Source: Octopus vulgaris
Taxonomy: Eukaryota
DNA: 64,000 bases
Reading direction: 5' to 3'
Assembly: GCA_951406725.2 (NCBI GenBank)
Contig: OX597826.1
Span: forward strand, 36,146,001 to 36,210,000
Made by a program: the position numbers and the translations under genes. Position 1 is the first letter of the stretch. Each line of letters opens with the position of its first letter. Below, in pieces: positions 51,912 through 64,000 of this stretch. The notes under the pieces are model-generated. The model made no database searches and was not told the origin of the DNA. It worked only from the letters and a program-made list of their open reading frames with translations.

Positions 51912-52645
51912 ATGAAGGAAGTTGAATGCAGATCAGTGATCAGGTTCTTATACCTGAAAGGCCATACACCAATAGAGACTTTCGATGAAATGAAAGAAGT
52001 TTATGGTGATGATGCACCATCATACGACGTAGTCAAGCACTGGCACCACCAGTTGAAATATGGTCAGACATCGGTGGAAACTGCACCTATTCCCGGATGG
52101 CCACATTCTGCCATTGATGATGGCACCATCCATAAAGTGGAAACTGTTTTTTTTTTGGAGGATTACCACATAGCTATTTGGCAACTAGCCCAAGAAGTGA
52201 AGATACATATAGGGTCCATGGAAAAAAGTCATTCACAACCATTTACATACGTGGAAGTTGTCTGTATGATGGATTCCCCAGATGCTCACACCTTTTCAGA
52301 AGCAGGAATGAGTCAGTTGCTCCTAGACTCTTTTAGCAATGTGCCAAGAAAACGAGGAGGACTTTTTCAGCAGAATTATCACAGGGTGAAACATGGGTCC
52401 ATCACTTTGATCCTGAGACTAAAGTCCATTTGAAGCAATGGAAGCATGATTACTCACCACATCCAAAGAAGGCTTGTGTCCAACCCTCAGCAGGCAAGGT
52501 GATGCTCACAGTCAATGTGGAGTAGTGGTGATGGATTTTCTGGCAAAGGGCACCACAATTAACAGGGCATATTATGCTTCTCTGCTGCAGAAATTGCAAG
52601 ATGCCAACAAAGCAGAGAGGTGTGGCATGCTGACCAAAAGCATTT
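51912..52645 (+). pseudogene. Mariner transposase, N-terminal two thirds, frameshifted and 3'-truncated
   Basis: MKEVECRSVIRFLYLKG...EVYGDDAPSYDVVKHW HTH, WIPQML (WVPHEL-like), ETWVHHFDPETK, PSAGKVML, DFLAKGTTINRAYYASLL. Confidence 0.92.
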
Positions 52646-52780
52646 ATAATATGCTCTCCAATCATCAGTATGACATAACCAGAAAATATAAATATAAACA
52701 TCTCTCCATACCAAGCAAACAACAACGCATCCAGCAGAGCATATACAAATGTTCATATACATACATATATATGCATATGT

Positions 52781-53093
52781 GTGGAGGCGCAATGGCCTAG
52801 TGGTTAGGGCAGCAGACTCGCGGTCGTAGGATCGCGGTTTCGATTCCTAGACCGGGCGTTCTGAGTGTTTATTGAGCGAAAACACCTAAAAGCTCCACGA
52901 GGCTCCGACAGGGGGTGGTGATCCCTGCTGTACTCTTTCACCACTCTTTCTCTCACTCTTTCTTCTGTTGGCCTGCTCGCTTAGCCAGCTGGGTGGCGTC
53001 ATTCGAAGGCTAAAATAAAACAATGAGAACGCATTGTGACCAGTGATGTGTAGCAACATCTGATGGTCTGGTCGGTCACATGATCACGTGATA
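52781..53093 (+). mobile_element. tRNA(Arg)-like SINE, head A + tail Y
   Basis: Head nearly identical to 31190; diverges after TTCTCTCACTCTT; ends TGATCACGTGATA. Confidence 0.9.
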
Positions 53094-53571
53094 TTCATAT
53101 GTAGTGAAGCAGATGTCCAGTCATAGAGCGACCAATAGTTTTACATCCACAAAGTGCCATCCATAAAGCCAGGTGCTTTATGGACAGCTCGGCAAACTCT
53201 AAATGGTAAAGGCCATATACTTCTTTAAACTGTGGAAGTAAAATTCCATTATGGTCAGTTAGTAAATAAAGAATAAACCGTCCAGGTCAGCAAGGACTGA
53301 TTATTTTCCTTAAACCAGTTCAGTTGGCAGTTTATAAGGGCTAAAATGGCAAATGGGGAACACTGCTTTTAGGTTGCTTCTAGCCTGTAAAACCTTTTTC
53401 AGATCTAATTGTTAACTGAGGAATTCTTCTATGTGGTGCCCCAGCATGGCCGCAGTCTAGTGATTGAAACAAGTAAAAGACATAGATTTGTGTATATGTA
53501 CAGAGATTTTGTGTGTCCATGTGTGTGTATATTTGTGTGCATATATCTGTCTGTGATGTAATATCAATGTT

Positions 53572-53799
53572 TTAAATCTTTTGTTAGATATTTCTGCTAA
53601 AATATACTGACTCTGTTTCAATTAAATTTGAAAATAACAAACAATTTAATAAAATAACTTTGCCATTATTAAAATGGTATTTGAAACATAAATTAACATG
53701 AAATTTCTATGGAAAGTTTTAATTCATATCATTTTAAACAGGAAGTTTGTATCAAATAATTAAGAATGGTCTCAGGTGGTTTGGTATCAAAAAGCTTAA
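53572..53799. mobile_element. Possible TTAA-flanked MITE, degenerate
   Basis: TTAA at both ends with weak TIRs (ATCTTTTGTTAG / GGTATCAAAAAGC). Confidence 0.3.
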
Positions 53800-54243
53800 A
53801 AGAATTATGGAATATTTTGAAAATTCTTGCAAACCAAAAAGAAGCAATCTATCATTTCAGCCAATAGAATTCTTGGAACTTAAGAAAAAAGTTTAATTTC
53901 AAAATGGCTTTTATTAATCTCTGGCTTCATTGGGTTAGCCATTCTACTTTTGTTGGTTTGTGAGTCTCAGTGTTTAGAAATTTCATTAGTTTTCATGGAA
54001 CAACAGACTTCTAAATAAAGAAGATATTTATTGTTATTTATTAACATAGCCAGTAAGTAAAATGGCGATGATGTTTGCAGATATTTCTTGGATATTGGAA
54101 TATATTTCAGAGTCACGAGAAATTTAAGTGTTGGTAACAGAATAAGCGTGCTAAAGGCACTCAAAACTTAGAAGATAAAAGGAGCGTCAAACAATGTAAA
54201 TTAGGATTTATAATGTTCCTGACAAAAACATAAACATGTAAGC

Positions 54244-54270
<27 letters not shown>

Positions 54271-54274
<4 letters not shown>

Positions 54275-54578
54275 GAGGCACAATGGCCCACTGGTTAGGG
54301 CAGAGGACTTGCGGTTGTGGGATCGCAGTTTCAATTCCCAGACCAGGCGTTGTGAGTGTCTATTGAGCAAAATCACCTATAGCTCCACGAGGCTCTGGCA
54401 GGGGGTGGTGGCGATCCCTGCTGTACTCTTTCGACGCAACTTTCTCTCTTTCTTCTGTTGGCCTGCTTGCTTAGCCAGTGGAGTGGCATCCTTTGAAGGC
54501 TAAAACATTGCAAAGCGCATTGTGACCAGTGATGTGTAGCAACATCTGATAGCCTGATCAGACCCGTGATCACGTGAT
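54271..54578 (+). mobile_element. tRNA(Arg)-like SINE, head A + tail Y
   Basis: Colinear with 52781-53093. Confidence 0.9.
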
Positions 54579-54603
54579 ATATATATATATATATACATAT
54601 ATA

Positions 54604-54922
54604 TGGAGCACTCCGTCGGTTGTGACGAAGAGGGTCCCAGCTGATACAATCAAAGGAACAGCTTGCTTATGAAATTAGCGTGCATGTGGCTGAGCACTCC
54701 ACAGACATGCACACCCTTAAACGTAGTTCAGTGTGAGATTCAGTTTGACACAGAATGTGACAAGGCTGGCCCCTTTGAAAAACAGGTACTACTCATTTTT
54801 GCCAGCTGAGTGGAATGGAGTTATGTGAAATAAAGTGTCTTGCTCAAGGTCACAAGACGCTGCCGGGAATTGAACTCATGACCTTATAATCACGAGCCGA
54901 ATGCCCTAACCACTAAGCCATA
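54604..54922 (-). mobile_element. tRNA-derived SINE, head B + tail X
   Basis: Minus strand A box TGGCTTAGTGG and B box GAGTTCAATTCC; tail matches 31390-31573. Confidence 0.85.
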
Positions 54923-55073
54923 TGTGCGTGTGTGTAATTTCCCAGAATGCATCAAGAAATGCATTGAAAACAAGAGTCACAGAGATTGTCTGATGAACTA
55001 ATGTTTTTATTCTTACCTTATTTAGAGACTAATGGAATAAAATAAAACAACCTGAGGCAATTACATTAGTGTG

Positions 55074-55105
<32 letters not shown>

Positions 55106-55177
55106 CGTATATATATACACGTGCACATATACATACATTTATCATACATAAATATATATATGTGTGTGAGTGTGTGT

Positions 55178-55490
55178 GTGCCAATCTCTAATTGTGGAAG
55201 GAAGTGTGGAAGAGTTGTTAGACACCAGGAAGACATGCAATGAAGTGGTGAGGAAGGATCTTCAGATGTTGGGCCTCACAGAGGAGATAACAAGGGACAG
55301 TGGTTGGCATTAGGAAAGGCATCCAGCAGTAGAAACTATGCCAAAACGGACAGGGAGTCCGGGTAGCTCTTCAGCTGGTCACTACCTTTTGTCAAACCAT
55401 GCAACCCATGCCAGCACAGAAAACGGACATTAAATGATGGTGATGATAATGATAAGGTTGAAGATGATGGTGATGATGATGATGATGATA
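55178..55490 (+). mobile_element. RTE-like LINE ORF end plus 3' UTR with an internal deletion
   Basis: TRKTCNEVVRKDLQMLGLTEEITRD (RGRP.KTW-type terminus), then the conserved 3' block and (GAT)n. Confidence 0.8.
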
Positions 55491-55838
55491 CGTCTATATG
55501 TATATATATGCTTCTGGTGTGAAGAGAGATAGATAGAAATATATATATATGCATGTATATATATGTTTGTGTGTATGTGTGTGTGTGTGTGTGTGTAGTA
55601 TAATTTGATTAAAATCCTTGCCATGTGCATTTAAGTGCTCCCATTCTATTAATTGGCTATTACATGCTATTCTACTGTAGGATATCTTCCAGGGTTGGAA
55701 ATCAGGATGGAAGATGGAAGATACCAAGTTTTAATAGCAGCTCACAACAAAGTACATAAATTAAAGGGCACATGACAATGAATACTGATAACATATTTTG
55801 AAAATATTTATGTATGTATATATATATATATATATGTG

Positions 55839-55888
<50 letters not shown>

Positions 55889-55889
55889 T

Positions 55890-56087
55890 ATCATCATCAT
55901 CATCATCGTTTAACGTCCGTTTTCCATGCTAGCATGGGTTGGACAGTTCAACTGGGGTCTGGGAAGCCAGAAGGCTGCGCCAGGCCCAGTCTGATCTGGC
56001 AGTGTTTCTACAGCTGGATGCCCTTCCTAATGCCAACCACTCCATGAGTGTAGCGGGTGCTTTTTACGTGCCACCTGCACAGGGGCC

Positions 56088-56088
<1 letters not shown>
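55890..56088 (-). mobile_element. RTE-like LINE 3' end, well preserved
   Basis: (CAT)n CGTTTAACGTCCGTTTTCCATGCTAGCATGGGTTGGAC...CCTTCCTAATGCCAACCAC. Confidence 0.85.
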
Positions 56089-56133
<45 letters not shown>

Positions 56134-56496
56134 TAGTGGTACAACAATGCACCAATATTTACTCGAAATAGCAGATGATTATATACTATAATAATGCTTC
56201 ACTGTGTAAATATACTGGTGAAGATGTTTGCAGGTGGCAAACATAAAAGTTTTCATCTTACCTGTAGGAAGAACATTAAATAAATGTGCAACCCAGATGT
56301 GGATAATCTAGGACCAAGGTTTCAAACTTTCTAAATTACGTTTGTCAACATAAATTTGATTAGTCCTCTTCAGCTTTCTAATTTCAAATGTCACTACATT
56401 AAAGCAACCAGTATTACTTGTCTGAACGCCTGGCCGTTAACAGACCAAGAACAGTGAAAAAGTTTTCAAGAAAAAATTATTGAATAGTGCAATACA

Positions 56497-56521
56497 ATGA
56501 TGATGATGATGATGATGATTG

Positions 56522-56606
<85 letters not shown>

Positions 56607-56791
56607 GGTGGTGATGATGATGATGATGATGGACTAACTAATGTGAAGTTGAGTCTGTTGCAAGCATTCAAGTAAGGTGCTCAGTTTGTGTTTACCTTCT
56701 TCATTTTCTTTCACAAATCTCAGACACTGGATAGAGATATAAAGGGCTCTGTATCCTACCCTTCCAACACTGCCCAATGGTTTTTAAAAAA

Positions 56792-56841
<50 letters not shown>

Positions 56842-56915
56842 GTTATTATTATTATTATCATTATTATAATTATTGTTGTTGTTGTCGTTGTTGTTATTAT
56901 TACCATTATTACTAC
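56497..56915. repeat. (GAT)n/(GGT)n and (TAT)n tracts
   Basis: Directly visible. Confidence 0.9.
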
Positions 56916-58376
56916 TATGTCTAATAAAGAAGTTATCATGGCCATTAGCAACAACATTTTGACCTTGGTCACTAGCAGATGTTGACTAAGTGAGAAGAAA
57001 ATATGTAATCATAATAAAATTTTATGAATATTAAATTTGGATGCCTTTAAGGTTTCTTGGTTGATGACCAGCTATTTCAAATCCATTTATTTTAAAATCA
57101 ATTGTGTTGGTCTTTGTAAAAGCTCACAAAGTATTCCTCACCTCACCAAAGCATTCATTATTAATTCTACGAATCCCCAGAGGTTTGCTATCATTTGCTC
57201 ACACTTGAAGTGCCTCCCTGTTTTTCAATGTTTTTCTCTTCCAGCAAACAGTCCTTATCCATTCAGATGTACAGAATTTCATTGTTCTCATCATTGTTAA
57301 CAGGATGTGACTGATGCTTCTATCCATTCCTAAATTATTGGCAATCTTCATATTTAGGAACCTGTTAACAATAACTTCATCTCTAAGAAGCTCTGATAAT
57401 CTCCTCTCCTGCCCACCACCGACTCCAACAGCATCTCTGCAGTTTGGTGTTCGTTTTGTTTAACCAATCAGATATTAGTCTTTATTTAATATCAAACCAG
57501 GCCAAAATAGCCAGCAGTAGGAATATTGATAAATAATTAGACTTATCAGTCTTCAGGTTCCGAAAATCCTGAATTCTATGGAAACAGGGATATGCAAAAG
57601 CAAAATATTTCTGATAATCAACAAACACTTTCTTATCTTTGTACTTTATATTTATAACAAGTTTATTTCATTATGTTATTTAATGCCAAATCTAACAGGA
57701 ATGATGAGGGTTGCTCCAGCATGGCCATGTACTGTTTGGAACTAGCAAGGGAATGAATAAAGAAGTATTTGTTTTTAATTACATTTCTGTTTGTCACAAA
57801 TTGTCACATAATTTACGTGACAGGTAACTGACCAAATAGATAATGTAGTGGATTGCTTGCAGTTGCTTGGATCCAGAGTTCAATTCTACCTTATGTCAAC
57901 TATTAGTGTTGTCATTGCTACTGCCGTTGCTGCTATTGCTGATGGTGTTGCTGCTTAGCACAAGTTCAACCCTGATATATCAAACCAGTTATTATATCAA
58001 GGGCCTTCCAGAGCTGACCATCTTGTCTTAGTTCCACAAATAACTTATCTAAAATTATAGTAGAATGGCAAATTGTCAAAATTGTTATTGTTGGGATGAA
58101 TGAAGTTTAATCTTCACTCTAGTCTACCACCATCTGAGTTCAAATCTTGGGAGGGTCATTTTGTTTTTCATTTTTTTCAAAGCCACTAAACAAAGTAGTT
58201 GAGTACAAGGTTCAGTTCTTACACCACTCTCTCTCTCTCTATCTCTGCCTATCATCTTATCTGTCAGTCTATCTATCTTTAAGTTTGTGCATGTGTATAT
58301 ATATTACATATATATACCTCTATATGTGCATGCACTTGCAAACACACATATATGCATATATACATACATACATACA

Positions 58377-58410
<34 letters not shown>

Positions 58411-58680
58411 CGTATATACATATCTATATAAATATATATGTTGGTTTTCTACTCCTTATGCAGAGTTTGACCACCTCCTGTACCTACACCTTAGAACCAT
58501 CATAGCTTCTGATGTGGCTTTTTAAACCAGACAATGTTCTGAAAAGACACCCACATAGATTGCATATCCGATTTGGACAACAAAGAGCTGCAGTTAAGTT
58601 CCGACCTTTGTGGATGTTAAAATGTCATACATTGCACTGAAAGGTGTGCACAGACATATAGGCAGATTAATTGGTAGGAA

Positions 58681-58860
58681 TCATTTTCCATAGGTCAACA
58701 AATGAGATTTGAGCCCAGCAAAAGAAAGGCATGGTCTTTCACAAGCTGTGCACACAAAAAGGTCATTGTGATTCACCTTGCTGATTGTAACATTCTTCTT
58801 TAAATCTCTCTTGAGCCTTGTATGCATTATCCTGGCCTCTTCAAACACTTTCTCTCCACC
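58681..58860 (-). mobile_element. LINE ORF C-terminus with C2H2-like finger (RTE-type)
   Basis: FEEARIMHTRLKRDLKK...FVCTACERPCLSFAGLKSHLLTYGK*. Confidence 0.65.
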
Positions 58861-58884
58861 CCACATATATAAAAAGCACCATTC

Positions 58885-59230
58885 AAGCATTGGGCCTCAC
58901 AGAGGCAGTGATGAGGGACCAAGACCTTCAATGTTATACTGCATTTGAGAAGACCTGCCAATCCAAGTGAGATCATAGTTGTGCCTGATGCTGGTGGCAT
59001 GTCAATGGTACCCATGCCAGTGGCACGTAAAAGGCACCCACTACACTCTTGGAGTGGTTGGTATTAGGAAGGGCATCCAGTCGTAGAAACTTTGCCTGGT
59101 CAGATTGGAACCTGGTGCAGCTCCTCAGCTTGCCTGTTTTCAGTCAAACCATCCAGACCATACCAGCATCAAAAGCAAATGCTAAATGATGATGATGATG
59201 ATGGTGATGACGACGACGACGATGATGATA
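58885..59230 (+). mobile_element. RTE-like LINE 3' end with (GAT)n tail
   Basis: TTGGGCCTCACAGAGG shared with 55270, plus the conserved 3' block; a fragment also occurs at 63430-63545. Confidence 0.75.
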
Positions 59231-60253
59231 TAGATAGGCAGACAAACAGCTAGATACATAAATATATTTTTGTTGGGCAAGGAAGTTAGAGAGAGACAGA
59301 GAATAATGAAGTAATAGAGGTGGCGTTAGCCATGGTGGTATTGGCCAAGATGGGGAAGAGGGTGCTGGTAAAAGTGGCGAGGATGGGGATGTTGGGAGTG
59401 GTGGTATACATACTTAACTTTCCTGACTATAATTCAGAAAAGAAGAACAAAAAAAGAAAAAAAGAGACAAAGGAGAGAGGAAGAAGGAGAAGAAGAAATC
59501 CATTATTCATAAAACAGACAGGAAAATAAAATTGATGTTGAGACATAAATTCATGTCTTATTTATTTTCATGATTTAATTTTAGAATTTTCAGCAGAACT
59601 AACTTCCTAAACTTAAATGCAATATTTATGGAAATGGGGAAATAAATTGCAGATTCCAACTACTAATACTACTACTAATAATAATAGTGATGATGACGAT
59701 GATGATGACGATAATGACGACGACGACGACGATGGTGATGATGACGATGATGATGAAGATGATGACGATGATGATGCTGATGATGATAATGATGGTGGGG
59801 GCCATGGTGGTGGTAACAACAGTGTCAGTGGTGATAGTGGTGGTGGTGCTTCATGTCTTCGTAATAAAGGTAATGCAATGTATACAAAGATAGCAGTGTT
59901 CTGGAGTGGTGGTCACTGTAATGACCACCACAAAAACCACCCGGTTATAAAATTATGGCAAATCAATCCATTTTGATTTAGTCCTTTAAATATTATTTCA
60001 TTCCTCTATATTTTTCAATATATTCCATTCATGACAAGTTTCCTTAAACTTTTTACACATCTTCATACAAACTTCGTTAACTGGATATTCCAATTAATTT
60101 CATGCAACACTTAACGAAAGAATTAATTTCTTCAATAAATTATTTTGAAAAGCTATTCATATTTATAAATGAGACCACACATACACACACACATACATAC
60201 ACACACATGTACATGCACACACAGACATACATGTATACATGTATACATGTATA

Positions 60254-60284
<31 letters not shown>

Positions 60285-60307
60285 GTTTGTATATATCTAT
60301 ATATGTG

Positions 60308-60380
<73 letters not shown>

Positions 60381-60411
60381 ATATGTATATATGTATGTAC
60401 ATACTTTTATT

Positions 60412-60745
60412 CCTGTATTCTTTTATTTATTTCAGGTCATGCTGGACCACTGCCTTTAGTCAAACAAATTGACCCCAGGTCTTATTCTTTTTTATCTTAG
60501 TACTTATTCTGTTGTTTGTCAAGCAATGGTGGGGGAACAAACAACAAACATTTACACATACACACACACATACATGCATATGTATGATAGGCTTCTTTCA
60601 GTTTCCCTCTACCAAATCCACTCACATGGCTTTGGTCAGCCCAAGGCTATAATAGAAGACACTTGCCCACAGAACCATGCAGTGGGACTGAACTTGGAAG
60701 CATGTGGCTGGGAAGCTTGCTACTTACCACACAGCCACTCCTGCA
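60412..60745 (-). mobile_element. SINE family K with an internal deletion
   Basis: Aligns to 49477-49884. Confidence 0.8.
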
Positions 60746-60749
60746 TCTC

Positions 60750-60871
<122 letters not shown>

Positions 60872-61428
60872 TGTAGTGGATATTTTAAAATTTGGTCATC
60901 CAGGATAGACGCAACAGAAGATAACCAATCAGATTCACATTCACGCATGTGATCTGAAGAATTTGAAACTGCAGCATTGGGTTATCCTTTATTACTCTAA
61001 CAGTCTTCATAGAGGTAAGACAGAATTTTCCTATATTCACCACCTGCACACATTTCTGCCTGTAAATATTCAGTGAAGCTCTACATAGCACCGTAAACTT
61101 ACTGGCTGCTATTTCTAGCAAGGATCGTACTTTGTGTACACCTACTTTATATATTTATAATTCTACCTATATGGGGCTTTATTCTTGCTGGATATTAATG
61201 TTATTTTAATAATATTTATATTTTCATGTATATAGTTCCAGGAAACATCACTTGGATGTTCTGTGATGCTCTGTGAGATATATTGGGTCCTTCAAATCCA
61301 AACTCCCTCATCCTGTTGATTCAGCTCAGATTGATTAAGTCCCAGCTTGCATCCCATTAGAAGTTCCCCACTGGTCCAACCCACTTTCTCAAAAATCCTC
61401 ATCTGCAGCTTCAGTAATGGCATTTCTG

Positions 61429-61740
61429 AAGGCCTGTGGCTTAATGGTTAGGGAATTCAGCTCATGATCATAAGGACATGAGTTCAATCGTTGGTGGCAC
61501 ATCGTGTCCTTGAGCGAGGCACTTGACTTCATGTTGCTCCAGTTCACTCAGCTGGTAAAACATGAGTAAATTCAAAAAGCCTTGTCAGATTTTGTGTCAT
61601 GCTGAATCTCCCTGACAACGATGTTAAGGGTACACTTGTCTGTGGAATACTCAGCCTGTTGCAAGTTAATTTCATAGGCTGGTTGTTCTATTTATTGGAT
61701 CAACTGGAACACTCACCATCACAACTGCTGGAATACCAGT
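61429..61740 (+). mobile_element. tRNA-derived SINE, head B + tail X, diverged
   Basis: A box TGGCTTAATGG and B box GAGTTCAATC. Diverged TSD TAATGGCATTTCTG (61415) / TAATGGCACTTATG (61741). Confidence 0.8.
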
Positions 61741-62711
61741 TAATGGCACTTATGTCCCCCATGCTTAATTAGGGGACAAGAAATACTCCTCAGTAATTAA
61801 GTGGATCGATTTTGGATGTTGATTGGGGTATAAGTATTGCAGAAGACATATTGTACCTGGAATGGAAGGCAATAGCAATGGATGAGGATTGAACCTGAGA
61901 TGGTAGAACAGTTTGGCAGCAGACGTCAGGTATCACCACATATGTTACGGGGCTCACACAGATCTTCTTTCAAAAGCAGCTGGCATTTTTTAATTAACAT
62001 AAATCATTAAGACATCTTTTGGCAACTGATTTTAATGAAATTTTTAAAAGTTTGATGAAACTCCATTACTCCAGAAATGGAATTATAGACACACACACAC
62101 ACAAATGCATACATGTACATACACACACACACGCACACACATACATTTATTTTATATATGTGTGTGTGTGTGCATTTATATGCATGTATATATATATATA
62201 TATATATATGCAATTATTTACATGTATGTATATATACATGTATATATATTTATTTACATGTATATATATATATATATATATACACGTATATATATATACA
62301 CATGTATGCATATATACGTATATTTGTATATGCATATGTGTGTGTGTGTGTGTCTGTATGTGTGTTTGTGTGTCTGTATGTGTGTTTGTGTGTCTGTAAG
62401 TGTGTGTTTTCACATGTGCATCCATGTAAGTAGAGAGAGAATGTGCAGAGAAGAATGCAAAGATTTATACAGGAAGAAGAACAGAGTACAATAACTGTTA
62501 ATTATTTATATTAATATTATTTCATTATTTATATTAATATTATTTCATTATCTCATTAATATATATTCAAGTCATTTATTATTCATATTAGCAATTTAGC
62601 TTAGTTTAATGAAAATAAGCAATGCTATAGACTATCAGGAGGATTCAAAAGTACATTGGCAATAGATATAAACTTGTATATACATGTAGGTGCGTATGTG
62701 TGTGTATTTGA

Positions 62712-62743
<32 letters not shown>

Positions 62744-62820
62744 GTAAATACATATATGCATGTATGTATAAATACATATATGTATGTATGTATATATGTG
62801 CATGTCTATCTATCTATCTA

Positions 62821-62889
<69 letters not shown>

Positions 62890-64000
62890 ATATATATGTA
62901 TATATATATACATATATATATGTGTGTGTGTGTGTGTATAATGACATTAAAAGGGATATTAAAAGATTATGATGATGATATATATATGTATATCTATTTG
63001 TGTATGTATATATGTGTGTGTGTATATATATATAAAATCACATATATGTTTATAATATTTCTTTCAATATTTTCTTAATTAATCTGGAGAAAATATTAAT
63101 GTACCATTTATGGAATCCCTCTTAAATTAGGGGTTTGGTGATTATCTCAGAGAATTTAATTAACACAAAGCTAATTATCCATAGCAAAATTGCAGAGCTA
63201 TTTCAACCAAGTTCCATGTATCTCATACACTTCACATCAAACTGAACGTGCTCTCATTTCAGGAGGTATCCAGGGATGGTTATAAAGCTATCACCTGTAG
63301 TGTTATATTCCTCAAATTGTCAGTTCATTTTGAAATGGAAATATAAGTAAAATATTGTCAATAAATAATAACAATCTGTCTATAAACTTTTTATTTCTAT
63401 TTTGAGGCAATTATTAGTGCCTGAGATCTTTGGTGATCTGCTGTGCCTGAGAAGTCTTGTCAAGTGAAATTGTAGTCATGGCTGATGCTGGTATCATGTA
63501 ATTGGCATGTAAAAAAAGCACCTTCTGAGCATTGGGCCTCAGAAGCAACTCTGCAATGAAAATATAGTTGATTATGCTTTCATTATAAAGTTACTTCATA
63601 ATTTATGTGTTTCCTTTAAATGCCAGAATCTGTGTGTTTTGAACCAGGTAAAATCCCATCAAAGAAGTACAGTGTTGAAATCCACAATATTTTTTAAAAA
63701 GTTAGGTGAAGACTACAATCGTGACGGATACTGCATTTCCCCATGGTTGTAGCTTAGCAATTTTGGACAGTCATGTCACTTCTGAAACAAAACCAAAATC
63801 GCTAGACTGGAATATATACAGACAGTGTATAAACTCCCTGCTGATGTGCAATGGTCCCTCATAAGCAGAATAAATTTGAACGGTGCAATAGATGCAATTC
63901 TGTAATGAAATCACTATGTGACTATAAGCCATACTTGTGGCTATAAATACACACATATTTGCACAGAATTATGTATTTTAAAAAAATGTATGATAAAATG

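Noticed and set aside
60904-61014. 111-nt segment between CAG and a strong GTAAGA donor
   Set aside because: It has stops in all three frames; a non-coding exon cannot be supported without RNA data.

Overview
Eukaryotic, AT-rich, microsatellite-saturated DNA. No host gene can be supported, so it looks intergenic or intronic. The repeat complement resembles an octopus (coleoid cephalopod) genome, which is an inference from recognising the repeats. Nearly all ORFs in the supplied track are translations of (TA)n, (CA)n, (ATCT)n, (GAT)n and (TAA)n tracts. The real content is mobile DNA: several tRNA-headed SINE families with shuffled heads and tails, 3' remnants of RTE-like and RLE-type LINEs, mariner pseudogenes, mariner and hAT MITEs, and a non-autonomous Helitron. 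The main observation is a dense set of Penelope-like element (PLE) derivatives carrying minimal type-I hammerhead ribozyme (HHR) motifs, mostly inserted as fold-back pairs with tails pointing outward, several bounded by target-site duplications (TSDs). One family (7 copies) carries a tRNA-like Pol III A/B-box cassette, an (AAT)n tract and an HHR. In one copy this cassette lies directly downstream of a GIY-YIG endonuclease C-terminus; in another it has retroposed alone like a SINE, with a 39-bp TSD. A second family appears to use a G3-C8 swapped hammerhead core. All structures were read and aligned by eye; no database search or folding computation was run.
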